From an uncultured cyanobacterium (GTDB taxonomy: Bacteria; Cyanobacteriota; Cyanobacteriia; Cyanobacteriales; Nostocaceae): a DNA stretch of 64,000 nt. The stretch is taken from assembly GCA_963740315.1 (NCBI GenBank), contig CAVUDP010000002.1, positions 1,440,001 through 1,504,000 on the forward strand. Direction: 5' to 3'. The notes under the pieces are model-generated. The model ran no database searches, was not told where the DNA came from, and worked only from the letters and a program-made list of their open reading frames with translations. Shown one piece after another: positions 40,099 through 49,998 of the stretch. The translations under genes and the position numbers were made by a program. Positions within the stretch are counted from its first letter, which is position 1, and the number at the start of each line of letters is the position of its first letter.

Positions 40099-43000
40099 CT
40101 ATTTGAGGTTATTTATCAGCTTGGTTTGAGATTTGGTATTGGGAATTCGAGATTCTTCTGTTCCCTGTTCCCTTCTCAAACGGTTAACCAATTTTTCCGA
40201 TTGATTTTTCTTCAAACGTTCGGTTAACTTTGTTTGAGGTTTCTGAGATTGTTGTTGAGAACCATTCCTTACCAAAGGTGAAACCTCGGATTCTTGCTCT
40301 TGCTTTGGTACTGGTTTCTGCAATCCAAATCCGCCAAACAACTCATTAAGCTTCAAGCTGACGTTGAGATACAACCCACCTTCCGAGCGATATCCGGTAA
40401 AGTCGCGATCGTCTACGCTACCAAAGGCGTAACCCACTCCCAAACGCAAATCTGGGGTAAAGTAATATCCACCTTCTAAGGCAATCCCAAATTCGTCGAA
40501 GTCCGCATTATTGTTGGAACTTTGACCAATCCAGCGTCCTTCAACTGCTAAGTCGGTACGGTAGCCTAATTTATAGGTGGCTCGCGCTTGCGCTAAATTC
40601 ACCGTTCCGTCGTAGCGTTCCCTATCGAAGTAAGTTACACCATTACGCAGCGCATATTTACCGTAAAATTCCCATCGCCAAGAAGGTGCATAAATACCTT
40701 CTGCTGAAAATACGTGTCCCGTTGCCGTGGAACTTCCCGTAAACTCTTGGTTCTGAGGTATTGAATCAAAGTTTTGTCGCCATTCGTATTTGAGCAAGCC
40801 GTTGAATTTATCGTTAGTCGGATCGCGATAGGCTAAACCAATTTTGAGATTAGCGGTGTCTCCTAATTCTTCAAATCTGACTCCTTGGGTTTCTGCTAAA
40901 TTATTCACCGTGGAAGGTAAAAATACGTTGGCTTCACCTGCTTGTTGATAGCGTGCCAATGCAGTTAACGCCGGGGAAATTTTTCCTGCCGCACCGACGG
41001 AAATATAGGTGCTGTTGCCTTCCTCGCCGTCGCGCAATTCAAAACGACCACTGGCTTTAAAGTCTGGGTTGTCGGTATATTCTAAGCCGAAGCTGTACAC
41101 CGAACCGGCGAACAATCCCAAGGAAGCTGCATTTTGTCCAACAGCGTAAGGTAGACCAAATCTTTCTCCTCTGGCTGTGGAGTTGAAAATATTTTTGAAT
41201 ACGTACTGATAACCCAAGCTCATCCGCAATCCCGGCGCGATCGGCATTCCGTGGTTGACTCCCAATGCACCTTGTCCCTGCAAGCCGTTGAAGCCGGATA
41301 GTACGGAATAACGTCCGTTAAAGGTAGTATCTCTGGCTAAGCTGTAGTCAACTAAGGTATCTAAAGTAGTCAGGGAATTCCCCTCTAACAAACTGGTATC
41401 GTCGTACCATTGATGCGCCAGTCTAAAGGTAACACCCTCAAATGCCTGCCAATCCAAGCCTAAAGTTGTCCTATTGGGATAAAGCGGATCGGAACCGTCT
41501 ATATTGACTTCATTCTGGGCTTGGAAACTCAAAGATTGAGTTAAAGGAACTTTTAATTTAGAAACAATTTGCTCTGCATCGCCATTCAACTCATTATTGA
41601 TTCTGTCTTCTCGCGAACGGTTGACGTATTCAACGCTGGCATCTGCAAAGCCAAATTTTTGTAAAATACCTGCCCGAAAAGTCTTTAATTCATTATCTAA
41701 AGGTTGACCAAAAGCGGGTTGGGGTTGGGGATCGAATAGATCGAAGAAGTTAACTAAACCCGTACTAGCTCGACCAAAGTTTTCTTCCACATCGTAGGAT
41801 ACACCCAGAGTTGTGGTATCGGTTAACTTACCGAGCAACCCACCACCGTAACGAGTTTGTCCCGGAGCAAAACTGAATGTGGCATTGTTGTTAAAATTCT
41901 CCTCCACCGAACGGTAATAAGCATTCAATCCTAAGCGCTCGTTTAAATTACCGATCGCTTCAATCCTATAGGCATTACCCGAACGATTGGTGCCATCGAC
42001 GATGCTGCTTTCCGAACGAGCGTATTCACCCAAAATCTTACCCGCACGACCAAAGGAAAAGAGAAAATCTGCTCCGTACAGTTCAAAATCGCGATCGCCT
42101 TGGTCTTCCCTTAAATAAGTACCGGCGATAAATGACTTGGTATCCAAATCCTGAGAAATATTAAACTGCGCTCTTCCACCGTAAATATCGGATTCCTCGC
42201 CAAATTCCGGCTGATAGGTGACAACAACTTGTCTTTGCAGAGTTGTACCAAAAGGATTAAGTTCTGTTGCCAATATTGGACTTAAGAGTCTAATCGTGCC
42301 TCGGTCGTAATCTATTTCATAATCTCGACCGCGATATAGCTGCTGTCTTTTAACAACAGTACCCGGACGGTTGATTTCTTCGGCTTCTAAATAAACGCTT
42401 TCACTTCCGGGAACCAACAGCCGTTGCGATAGAAAATAATTACCGCTGATACCTTGAGGAGTAAAAGTATCCCGCTGGAAACCTTCGACGTTATTGGCGT
42501 ACAAACCAGTTATCTGCAACGGACCGAAACTGTAATTACCTTTGAAACCGTGCAGTTGCCGAGAAGTCGCACCGTAAAGTTGGGAAGGGCGAGAAAATTC
42601 CTCGGTTCTGTAATCTCCCCACATCGCGTAATCGGGGTCTGCACCAGGTATCTTGGAACTACGTTCAAACCGGGCATAAAAACTATCCGTTGAAGGCGTG
42701 GTAGGAGTCACCGTGGAACTATCGCCATATACGGGATAGTTTTGTTCGCAAAACTGAATGCCGCCAAATAAACGGTTTCTACCTTCGCAATCTTGGTTAA
42801 TCGGTCGCTCGCTGTTAAATGCACCAGTAAACAGCCATTCACCAACTTTACCTGTTGCAAACACCTGGGAAGTCAAATCTACCTCGGTTCCATCCGAAGC
42901 ATCTGGATCGAGAAACTCCCTGCGACTACCCCACAAATTAGTACCCCTCGCACCAACGCGGAGGTTGATGATACCCGTTACCAGGGAAGGACGTAAATAG

Positions 43001-43992
43001 GTAGTGAATTCGACTTGGGTGTAAGCTTCTATCGGCTGGCTAATAATCTCGTCATTAAATAGTCTTGTATCTCTACCGCTTTCTAAAAGGATTTCTCCAT
43101 CAATTGCTCGCTCTCTCTGTCTTAGGGTAGATGCAGGCTTTTTGATTTTATGGACAGCCGCCCTGATGCGGACAGATTGAGGCTTTAGTCCTGACTGCAA
43201 AGTGGCGATAAACTCACCATTTACTACAAGTGCCTGGAATCCCGGCGCATCCTTGTCTTGGTCGGAACCAATAAATTTACCCGCACTGCTTGTTAGAGTT
43301 ACCAACACATCTCTGGGAATTACTTCCCCTTTCTCGTTGATAATCTGTCCTCGGATCTGAATCGTCGAACGTCCATCAGCCTGCACTACTGGATCGCCTA
43401 CAGGTGAAATCTGCAACTGTACCTTGCTGCGACTTCTTATTGAGGCAGGAGTTGAATCTTCTTGCAGGGGTACTGGTTCCCCTTGACTCTGCTGGTCTTG
43501 AGGAGCCGACTGCCTCTGCTGCTGCTCAAATAACGAGTCCCCTTGCTGGTCAAACAAAGAATCTGAATTTCCCCGAATCGGAGAAACGGGAGTGTCTCCA
43601 GCTTCTGCAAGTAAGTCTTGCTGCTGTGGATCTGGAGAAATGTTAGAGGACTTTGAGATTGCTTTTTTAAGGGCTTGACCTTTGTCCTCTTTTACTGTAT
43701 TTAGAGACAGCGAAACTCTATCCGTCTCAAAGTTAGAGGATGAATATTTATTCCGTTCTTGATCTTTTGCCTCTTTTACTGTACCGAGAGCCTGTTTTAA
43801 TCTAGAACCCGTTTCTAATTGAATCTTTTCATTTGATTGTGCAGCTACGGTATTAGAGCAAATCGTAAAAGCTCCTATTGCCATAACTATCGGCAAAATA
43901 CCCGCGCTACCCAACTTGAGTAAAGCGCATAAAACGGTATGAAAAAACTGTTTTTGGTTGCACAATTGCACGCGAGATTGTTTCTTAATCAT
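40099..43992 (-). CDS. very large predicted outer-membrane beta-barrel protein
   Basis: Signal-like N-terminus, an Ig-like ADGRSTIQIRGQI segment and about 800 aa of alternating amphipathic strands ending GYYFTPDLRLGVGYAFG...GLYLNVSLKL. Confidence 0.8.
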   Translation of the reverse strand: MIKKQSRVQLCNQKQFFHTVLCALLKLGSAGILPIVMAIGAFTICSNTVAAQSNEKIQLETGSRLKQALGTVKEAKDQERNKYSSSNFETDRVSLSLNTVKEDKGQALKKAISKSSNISPDPQQQDLLAEAGDTPVSPIRGNSDSLFDQQGDSLFEQQQRQSAPQDQQSQGEPVPLQEDSTPASIRSRSKVQLQISPVGDPVVQADGRSTIQIRGQIINEKGEVIPRDVLVTLTSSAGKFIGSDQDKDAPGFQALVVNGEFIATLQSGLKPQSVRIRAAVHKIKKPASTLRQRERAIDGEILLESGRDTRLFNDEIISQPIEAYTQVEFTTYLRPSLVTGIINLRVGARGTNLWGSRREFLDPDASDGTEVDLTSQVFATGKVGEWLFTGAFNSERPINQDCEGRNRLFGGIQFCEQNYPVYGDSSTVTPTTPSTDSFYARFERSSKIPGADPDYAMWGDYRTEEFSRPSQLYGATSRQLHGFKGNYSFGPLQITGLYANNVEGFQRDTFTPQGISGNYFLSQRLLVPGSESVYLEAEEINRPGTVVKRQQLYRGRDYEIDYDRGTIRLLSPILATELNPFGTTLQRQVVVTYQPEFGEESDIYGGRAQFNISQDLDTKSFIAGTYLREDQGDRDFELYGADFLFSFGRAGKILGEYARSESSIVDGTNRSGNAYRIEAIGNLNERLGLNAYYRSVEENFNNNATFSFAPGQTRYGGGLLGKLTDTTTLGVSYDVEENFGRASTGLVNFFDLFDPQPQPAFGQPLDNELKTFRAGILQKFGFADASVEYVNRSREDRINNELNGDAEQIVSKLKVPLTQSLSFQAQNEVNIDGSDPLYPNRTTLGLDWQAFEGVTFRLAHQWYDDTSLLEGNSLTTLDTLVDYSLARDTTFNGRYSVLSGFNGLQGQGALGVNHGMPIAPGLRMSLGYQYVFKNIFNSTARGERFGLPYAVGQNAASLGLFAGSVYSFGLEYTDNPDFKASGRFELRDGEEGNSTYISVGAAGKISPALTALARYQQAGEANVFLPSTVNNLAETQGVRFEELGDTANLKIGLAYRDPTNDKFNGLLKYEWRQNFDSIPQNQEFTGSSTATGHVFSAEGIYAPSWRWEFYGKYALRNGVTYFDRERYDGTVNLAQARATYKLGYRTDLAVEGRWIGQSSNNNADFDEFGIALEGGYYFTPDLRLGVGYAFGSVDDRDFTGYRSEGGLYLNVSLKLNELFGGFGLQKPVPKQEQESEVSPLVRNGSQQQSQKPQTKLTERLKKNQSEKLVNRLRREQGTEESRIPNTKSQTKLINNLK

Positions 43993-44951
43993 TGCTTACC
44001 CTCCGAAAATGCAGGCGTAACGGCAAAATTCACCCGCACCATACTTCCAGGCGATAGTTTCACCAAGCGTGACGGGCTATTTGTCTCAATAAAGTATTTA
44101 TTCGGAGCCAGGGAGTAGCCTGGTAAACTAGTCAAATCCAGTGCTGCCGAACGATAACCGGAAATAACATTTGCCAAAGAATACAAACCATTAGCATCGG
44201 TAACAATGCGGTTCCCATCATCCATATAAACTACCGCATTCGGTACTCCAGGTTCGTTTGGCTGCTGTTCGCCATCAAAGTTTTTATCAACAAAAACCCG
44301 TCCGATCAAAGTACCGCAGTCGGACAAAATTCCTTGTCGAATCCGCAATCTGTGGCTGGATTGATTGCTTGGCAAACCAGTCTCAGTTATTGCTTGGGCT
44401 AAGTTTATTCCGCTGCCACGGATGGCATCTGGAGTTACTTCAGCAGCATAAGTGACAACTAAGGTTTCTCCTTGTTGCAAATCAATAGTCGAGTTTACGG
44501 TTATATTCGTTCCTCGATTGGAAGCGTTGATAACTGGCTCGCTTAATTCTTCAGTTCGATCGCTACCGCCAAGATTTGCTTTTACTGACTCAGAAACAAG
44601 TCGCAATCCTAAAGGTAATCGATCGGTAATGCGTAAATTTGTAGCCTCTGACTCACCGTTATTTTTAATCTGCAACCGATAAATTACCGTATCTCCAGGT
44701 TCGGCAGCAGCGCGATCGCCAGTTTTGGTTAATCGTAAAGCTGCTTGAGTTGCGTTGAGGGTTACTGTATTAGATTCAACACCTGGTTGCTCGGATTCTT
44801 CATTACCAGGCAAGTTGTCAGCACCGCCAGTTGCAGTGTTGTTTATAACTGTTTGGGCAACAGTCGGTATAATTCCGTAAGCAATAACACTTAAGGAACT
44901 AATTGTTAAAAAAAGGCTTTTACGCCTCAGCCAAGAGATTAAAGATGTCAT
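43989..44951 (-). CDS. DUF11 (conserved repeat / isopeptide-type) domain protein with a C-terminal SdrD-like domain
   Basis: LRLTKTGDRAAAEPGDTVIYRLQIKN...ITDRLPLGL and GTLIGRVFVDKNFDGEQQPNEPGVP. ATGA overlap with the barrel gene. Confidence 0.88.
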   Translation of the reverse strand: MTSLISWLRRKSLFLTISSLSVIAYGIIPTVAQTVINNTATGGADNLPGNEESEQPGVESNTVTLNATQAALRLTKTGDRAAAEPGDTVIYRLQIKNNGESEATNLRITDRLPLGLRLVSESVKANLGGSDRTEELSEPVINASNRGTNITVNSTIDLQQGETLVVTYAAEVTPDAIRGSGINLAQAITETGLPSNQSSHRLRIRQGILSDCGTLIGRVFVDKNFDGEQQPNEPGVPNAVVYMDDGNRIVTDANGLYSLANVISGYRSAALDLTSLPGYSLAPNKYFIETNSPSRLVKLSPGSMVRVNFAVTPAFSEGKQ

Positions 44952-46818
44952 TACAAGGCATCAATGCAATAAATAGCAAAAGTTTTCTATCTGTTTAGGT
45001 TTTAGTTAAAAAACCATTATTTCTAATCCCAAATTCTTAACTAGTAGTCAAGAATCAGATTGTTAAAGTTGACTAAGTTATACGTAGTATCGAGTCAAAT
45101 TTGTTTTTAATTTCTCCTGCCATGCAAAATGTATATTTTTTTGCAATCAGAGCATATTATTAACTGCTTGTCAAGATTCAAACCAGGTGAAGATAGTTGT
45201 AAATTCCGATATTTAATGTTCTCAAATCGCGGGAATTTTGGGATTTCGATATTAAACTTTTTTATCCCGATTCCAAGCTTCAATCAAGAATAGTAGAACA
45301 AGTAGTCCCATGCGAACGATGCATGGAAACACATTTTTTACTACCTTCAGTTTGATTTATTTACGTAGATGCACGCTTTAAGACGAGAACAAGTCTTAAT
45401 TATGTTGAGATGGGAATTTACCTATCAAAGCATATAATTGCCGATAGGATAACGTGACTATCTGGTTTAAATGCGATCGCAGTTGCTTGTGACTCCCGGA
45501 TACAACGTATAACTTCGTTTATTAATCGTATTTCGTCTAATTTTACGGTGATTGAAATGACAAAAATTTTGTATTAAGACGGTAAAAACTACCTACCGCC
45601 GAAGAAATAAAAATACGCCGTTTACGCTTGAGTTGTAAATAAAAGATATCCATGATTGTCTCCATAACCTTCACACCACGATCGTAAAATTGCTAATGGG
45701 TAGAGTATCCCACGTATGGGTTCTTTTTAATTCAGTAATTGCGTGCAAAAAATAATTAAACGTTTTGACGTTAATTATTTCTTACCGTGTTATCAAATTT
45801 TTAAACACAGAACGAAATATATACTTAGACAACTGAACCCAATCCGAAGCCTTATGTTTCAAAGAACCCTTGTTTATTCAATAGCTATATTCTTGGTTAT
45901 AACGAATCAGTATTTTAGAAGTGCCCCGTAAAATATATATTTCCAATTTACAATCTAGGCAACTACCTAATACCTTACTTTGCCAAATCTTTATCTAATA
46001 GTCACACTTAAGTAACATTACTCAGAAATTTTAGTTAACGAATCAGGGAGGCAATGTTTTTTAATGCATCAAAAAAAACAAATTTATTCTCAGTAGTTTT
46101 GCTCTAAGTAAAAATACTTTTTAAAAATATATTTTGTATAATTTAATGGAAAATTTTGCTCTGTAATGGCGAACAATAAAACTATTGCAGCTATACCGAT
46201 ATCATCATTTTAAGAAAATCAATTAGCTCGTTTAAAAACTTAAAATCTCAAGCAAAACGAGTAATTAGCGATTAATTAGTAGTTAAACTCTAATTAAACT
46301 TTAATTAACTACGAATAACTGCCCCAAAGAGCAATTTACCTGTTATCTCCGAAAAAATAAGCAGCCAGACAATTGTATTATTAATTACATAGATACCTGT
46401 CTTAGTACTACTTTAATTATATAAAAATGCTTTTGATGTATGTCATTTTTTATATATTGCTCCAGTAATAATACTGCTTTAATGTGTAAAATATGAAAAT
46501 AGACACTTAATGAAGTGTCTACTATATTTAAATATTTCTGTATATTCTTTGCTTCTTTTTATCTGTTATTACTGAAGACAATATCAAAAATAGGGGGTAA
46601 ATCCAGCAATAATTTTTATTTATCAAGGGTTTGAGGAACCAAAAAAATAAGGAAAGATAAGCTCTAGCTCAACTTCCCTTAATAAATAATCCTAAATAAT
46701 AATTATTTTTAATTTTTGTAACAGAAAGCGAAATTGAACGCTAATAATTACTAATAGTCGGTTTAGTTCTCAAAAAATAGCCTGCGCTGTCATCCAACAG
46801 ATGCAGCGCTGTTGGAAT

Positions 46819-47469
46819 TTAATAAGTATCGTCGTATTCGGGAGCTTCCATACGTCTTTCCGCACGAGGAGGTAAAAACTCAGCGCGACGTACTGGAGGG
46901 GATATTGTGTTATGACCAGAACCATTGTAAGGATGAATTACCTGTACCGTTCGAGTCGGACGCTGCTTTTGAGAAAATAAAGCGGAAACTCCAGCGACTA
47001 CGATACCACCGCCAACTGTAAGCGCCATACCTCCTACAGCCCAAAGTATACCGTTCGACCACCAAGGCTCTGGGGATTGCTGTAATGCAGCTTGTTGCGC
47101 CGAATTTTGATTTTGCTGAGCGCTTAATTGTGATTGGTAGAAAGTTTGTATTTGAGACTGAAACTGCTGATTTTGATTCTTCAACTGGTCATTTTGCTGT
47201 TGAAGGGTATCAAGTTGGTTTTTTTGGCGTTCCAACTGTGTTCGTAACTCCGTCGTATCCACACCTGGGGGAATTTGATTGGGATAAACTGGTATGCCGG
47301 GATAAGTGCCTGGTTGAGCCATCATAGGTGGTGCAAGTACAGGTGCTTGTACTTGCGGGGTAGGGTTGAAATTCGGTTGTACGAGATTATTCGCAGATCC
47401 CTTCAACAATAAAAGAGCCGCTAGCCCAGCTACCGCAACTCCGCCAATAAACGCCATACTTTCACTCAT
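46819..47469 (-). CDS. patN: heterocyst patterning membrane protein PatN
   Basis: MSESMAFIGGVAVAGLAALLLLKG N-terminus, Gln-rich coiled coil and C-terminal TM WAVGGMALTVGGG; recognised from memory. Confidence 0.8.
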   Translation of the reverse strand: MSESMAFIGGVAVAGLAALLLLKGSANNLVQPNFNPTPQVQAPVLAPPMMAQPGTYPGIPVYPNQIPPGVDTTELRTQLERQKNQLDTLQQQNDQLKNQNQQFQSQIQTFYQSQLSAQQNQNSAQQAALQQSPEPWWSNGILWAVGGMALTVGGGIVVAGVSALFSQKQRPTRTVQVIHPYNGSGHNTISPPVRRAEFLPPRAERRMEAPEYDDTY

Positions 47470-48086
47470 AGCCTTTGCCCCTATAGCGCGACAAAATTAA
47501 AATCATCGATATCTTACACTCTCTCACACTCATCATTTATACCTTACTCAACTTCATATAGTAACGAAAACATAAAATTACGTACCAGCAATTTTTTTTA
47601 CTGCTGGCAATATCCTTATATATTCAAGATCATATCGGTGAAATTGTCTACTACAAGCGGCTGAATTAAACATTGTTCTTATAAAGAAGTTTACATAGTT
47701 TTTTATTGTTATCAACATTAATAATCAAGCATATTTACACCACATTATCCGCTAAAATCATTTGTCTTACTCACTTTAAGTTTTACCTGTATGCTTTCAC
47801 GTGTATGCAATCAATGCTTTCGACACCGGGAATAAAGCATCCAGCCGCATTATTACAAAAATATTTGTATTGTGGCAATAATCTGCAAATAATCAGTAAA
47901 AAAGCCGTAATAATACTTATAGGTAAAAATAACGGCGACATATTTATATTAAGTCAATTACTTGATATGTAAGTCTTAAAAGTCATCAAATCATTAAATC
48001 AGCTTATATATAGCAGTAGATATTCTTATGAATGCGGCTGGCAGATAGCAGCAAATTAAACGGCAGCCAATTTTAAGTAAAAATAA

Positions 48087-48173
48087 CACCGTTCGGTTAA
48101 AAATAAATTCTTCCCTGCTTCCCCTAATGGTAGAAGGAAGGCGAAGGCAACAAATTTATTAACCGAACAGTAG
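48087..48173. mobile_element. MITE-like element with terminal inverted repeats
   Basis: CCGTTCGGTTAA..ATAAATT ... AATTTATTAACCGAACAG. Confidence 0.55.
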
Positions 48174-48227
48174 TTGAGGCGGAATCGCTGTTAGCCAAAA
48201 TCCATTGACATAACGCCGTTTCAAATC

Positions 48228-48527
48228 CTAAGTATTTTCTTCCACATCAGCGAAAAGTTTGTCCCTTTCTTCGGGAGAAAGTTGGTCTAACTGATTTTGC
48301 AAAAAGGCTTTTTCGTATTCTTCTCGCTGTTGATGATAGGTCATTTTGCTTCCAACTGCGCGTCCAATATAACTAAGCAACCAGCCAATTAAACCTCCAA
48401 CCAATAAAAATTGGCTCCAGATACCAGCGCTAAAGTTATTTAAGCCTGCGAATTGAAGAACTACATACGCCAAACCACCTAAAACAAAAACGGCAAATAC
48501 AATTCCAATAGCGTCAATACGTCGCAT
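48228..48527 (-). CDS. DUF3007 family membrane protein
   Basis: MRRIDAIGI...AGIWSQ...MTYHQQ..EYE; lies downstream of ndhL. Confidence 0.85.
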   Translation of the reverse strand: MRRIDAIGIVFAVFVLGGLAYVVLQFAGLNNFSAGIWSQFLLVGGLIGWLLSYIGRAVGSKMTYHQQREEYEKAFLQNQLDQLSPEERDKLFADVEENT

Positions 48528-48556
48528 TTCTAAATATGACCTGCCGATACAACAAC

Positions 48557-48817
48557 TTAAACTTCAATTTGTCGTCTGCGGGGACGAAAATTCACAAACG
48601 GCGATAGCAGTAACAAGCCCGGAAAGAACAAGAACACGAGAAAATACATGAAACCCCGTTCAAAGGAACTAACTGTGTACCAACGAAGCTTCATGTAAGT
48701 TAAGACAAGTACTGGAATTACTAACAAGTAAGAACCAGCCAAGGCTAAGTACACCAAAGGTACGATCGTAGCCTCCGGCTGTAAATTCTGTAAATAATTA
48801 AGTAGATCCTGTTGCAT
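48557..48817 (-). CDS. ndhL: NAD(P)H-quinone oxidoreductase subunit L
   Basis: YLLVIP...[35 protein letters not shown]. Confidence 0.93.
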   Translation of the reverse strand: MQQDLLNYLQNLQPEATIVPLVYLALAGSYLLVIPVLVLTYMKLRWYTVSSFERGFMYFLVFLFFPGLLLLSPFVNFRPRRRQIEV

Positions 48818-49024
48818 TTAAATAAGTGAGTAGTATGGACGGCATCTATTTTCCATAATAAGCTGAAGCCAAAGAAGGCGATCGCTATAGCTTGCCGAAA
48901 GTCAGTTAAAAGGGAATTAAAATTTTTTTTGAGAAAATGTTGGACAAAATACGTAATTGATGGTCAAATAGATGAGGAGATATTTGCTGCTTCAGCCAAT
49001 ATCGACGATTCCCCGGTAAAAAAC

Positions 49025-49387
49025 GGGGGTGTGGCGGAATGGTAGACGCTACGGACTTAAAAAGTTGAGCCTTGTTGAAGAAATTCTTCAAGTGGATGCT
49101 CTCAAACTCAGGGAAACCTAAATCTTACTAAAGACACGGCAATCCTGAGCCAAGCCGAAATAAGTTTGATATTTAATTAAACATTTCGGAAGGTGCAGAG
49201 ACTCGACGGGAGCGACCCTAACGTAATTACAGATGATTATAAAATTGTTTGTTAAGTCGAGGGTAAAGGGAGAGTCCAATTTTCAAAACCTTGATTTGTA
49301 AAATTTCGAGGCAGTAGTGAAAACTGCGGGAAAATGAAAATCCGTTGACCGTAAAAGGTCGTGAGGGTTCAAGTCCCTCCACCCCCA
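49025..49387 (+). tRNA. trnL: tRNA-Leu(UAA), split by a group I intron (exons 49025-49058 and 49337-49387)
   Basis: GGGGGTGTGGCGGAATGGTAGACGCTACGGACTT | AAAATCCGTTGACC...GGTTCAAGTCCCTCCACCCCCA. Confidence 0.96.
49059..49336 (+). ncRNA. group I intron of tRNA-Leu(UAA)
   Basis: Conserved core segments CTCAAACTCAGGGAAACC, GGCAATCCTGAGCCAA, GTGCAGAGACTCGACGGGAG and AGAGTCC. Ends in G before the 3' exon; 278 nt with no ORF. Confidence 0.95.
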
Positions 49388-49407
49388 CTAAAAATCAATA
49401 GTTAGAA

Positions 49408-49447
49408 ATTGTCCCAGATGTAATTACGTCTGGGACAAAATTTTTAT
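49408..49447 (+). terminator. hairpin after tRNA-Leu
   Basis: TTGTCCCAGA...TCTGGGACAA followed by an A/T-rich tract. Confidence 0.65.
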
Positions 49448-49615
49448 TTATAAGCGAATGAGAAAATGTCCCAAAAATTGTCGCTACTTACTGATTAGTA
49501 CTTCATGAGATTAATTTTGACAGGTTCGTAGTAAGCGCTTCAGCACCTCCGGATTTAGAGCTAAAGCCCTTACTACGAACCTAATACTCCTTTTCATTAA
49601 TTTTGACAGGTTTGG

Positions 49616-49755
49616 GTAGTGCGAGCGTCTCGCTCGCTGGTTGCTTTAAGCTCGCTGGTTACTTTAAACTCGCTGGTTGCTTTAAGCTCGCTGGTTGCTT
49701 TAAGCTCGCTGGTTACTTTAAGCTCGCTGGTTGTAACGAGTGAGACGCTCGCACT
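49616..49755. repeat. 18-bp tandem repeat (GCTCGCTGGTTRCTTTAA, about 5.7 copies) inside an SDR palindrome
   Basis: Units at 49632, 49650, 49668, 49686, 49704 and 49722, flanked by AGTGCGAGCGTCTC and GAGACGCTCGCACT. Confidence 0.85.
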
Positions 49756-49998
49756 CTCAATTGCCATTCACGCGGAGCTAGAAATACGTATCCCTATTAC
49801 CAATTCCCTACAATAAAACTTATATTTTCCTGATTTTAGCGATCGCAAAAGAATTATCTAATTATGGATACGGTCGAATCCAGTATAATTTTTTAATTTT
49901 TAGAACGGTAATTACACAAGTAGGTGCAATATTTTTATCCTAACATCATAAATTTATCAAATTTATGTAAAAAAAATACTTAAGTTTTCAACAATTGA

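Noticed and set aside
39052..40129. Long plus-strand ORFs (166 and 210 aa) within the OmpA gene
   Set aside because: They are antisense shadows of a well-supported gene with no independent motifs.
45301..45309. SigJ-box-like GGGACTACT on the minus strand upstream of the DUF11 operon
   Set aside because: One mismatch to GGGAATACT within a 1.9-kb region is not significant without TSS data.
49059..49336. Group I intron as a novelty or homing element
   Set aside because: It is the well-known cyanobacterial/plastid trnL(UAA) intron and is too short to encode an endonuclease.
49632..49736. 18-bp repeats as a CRISPR array
   Set aside because: Units are contiguous with no spacers, and no cas genes are in the window.
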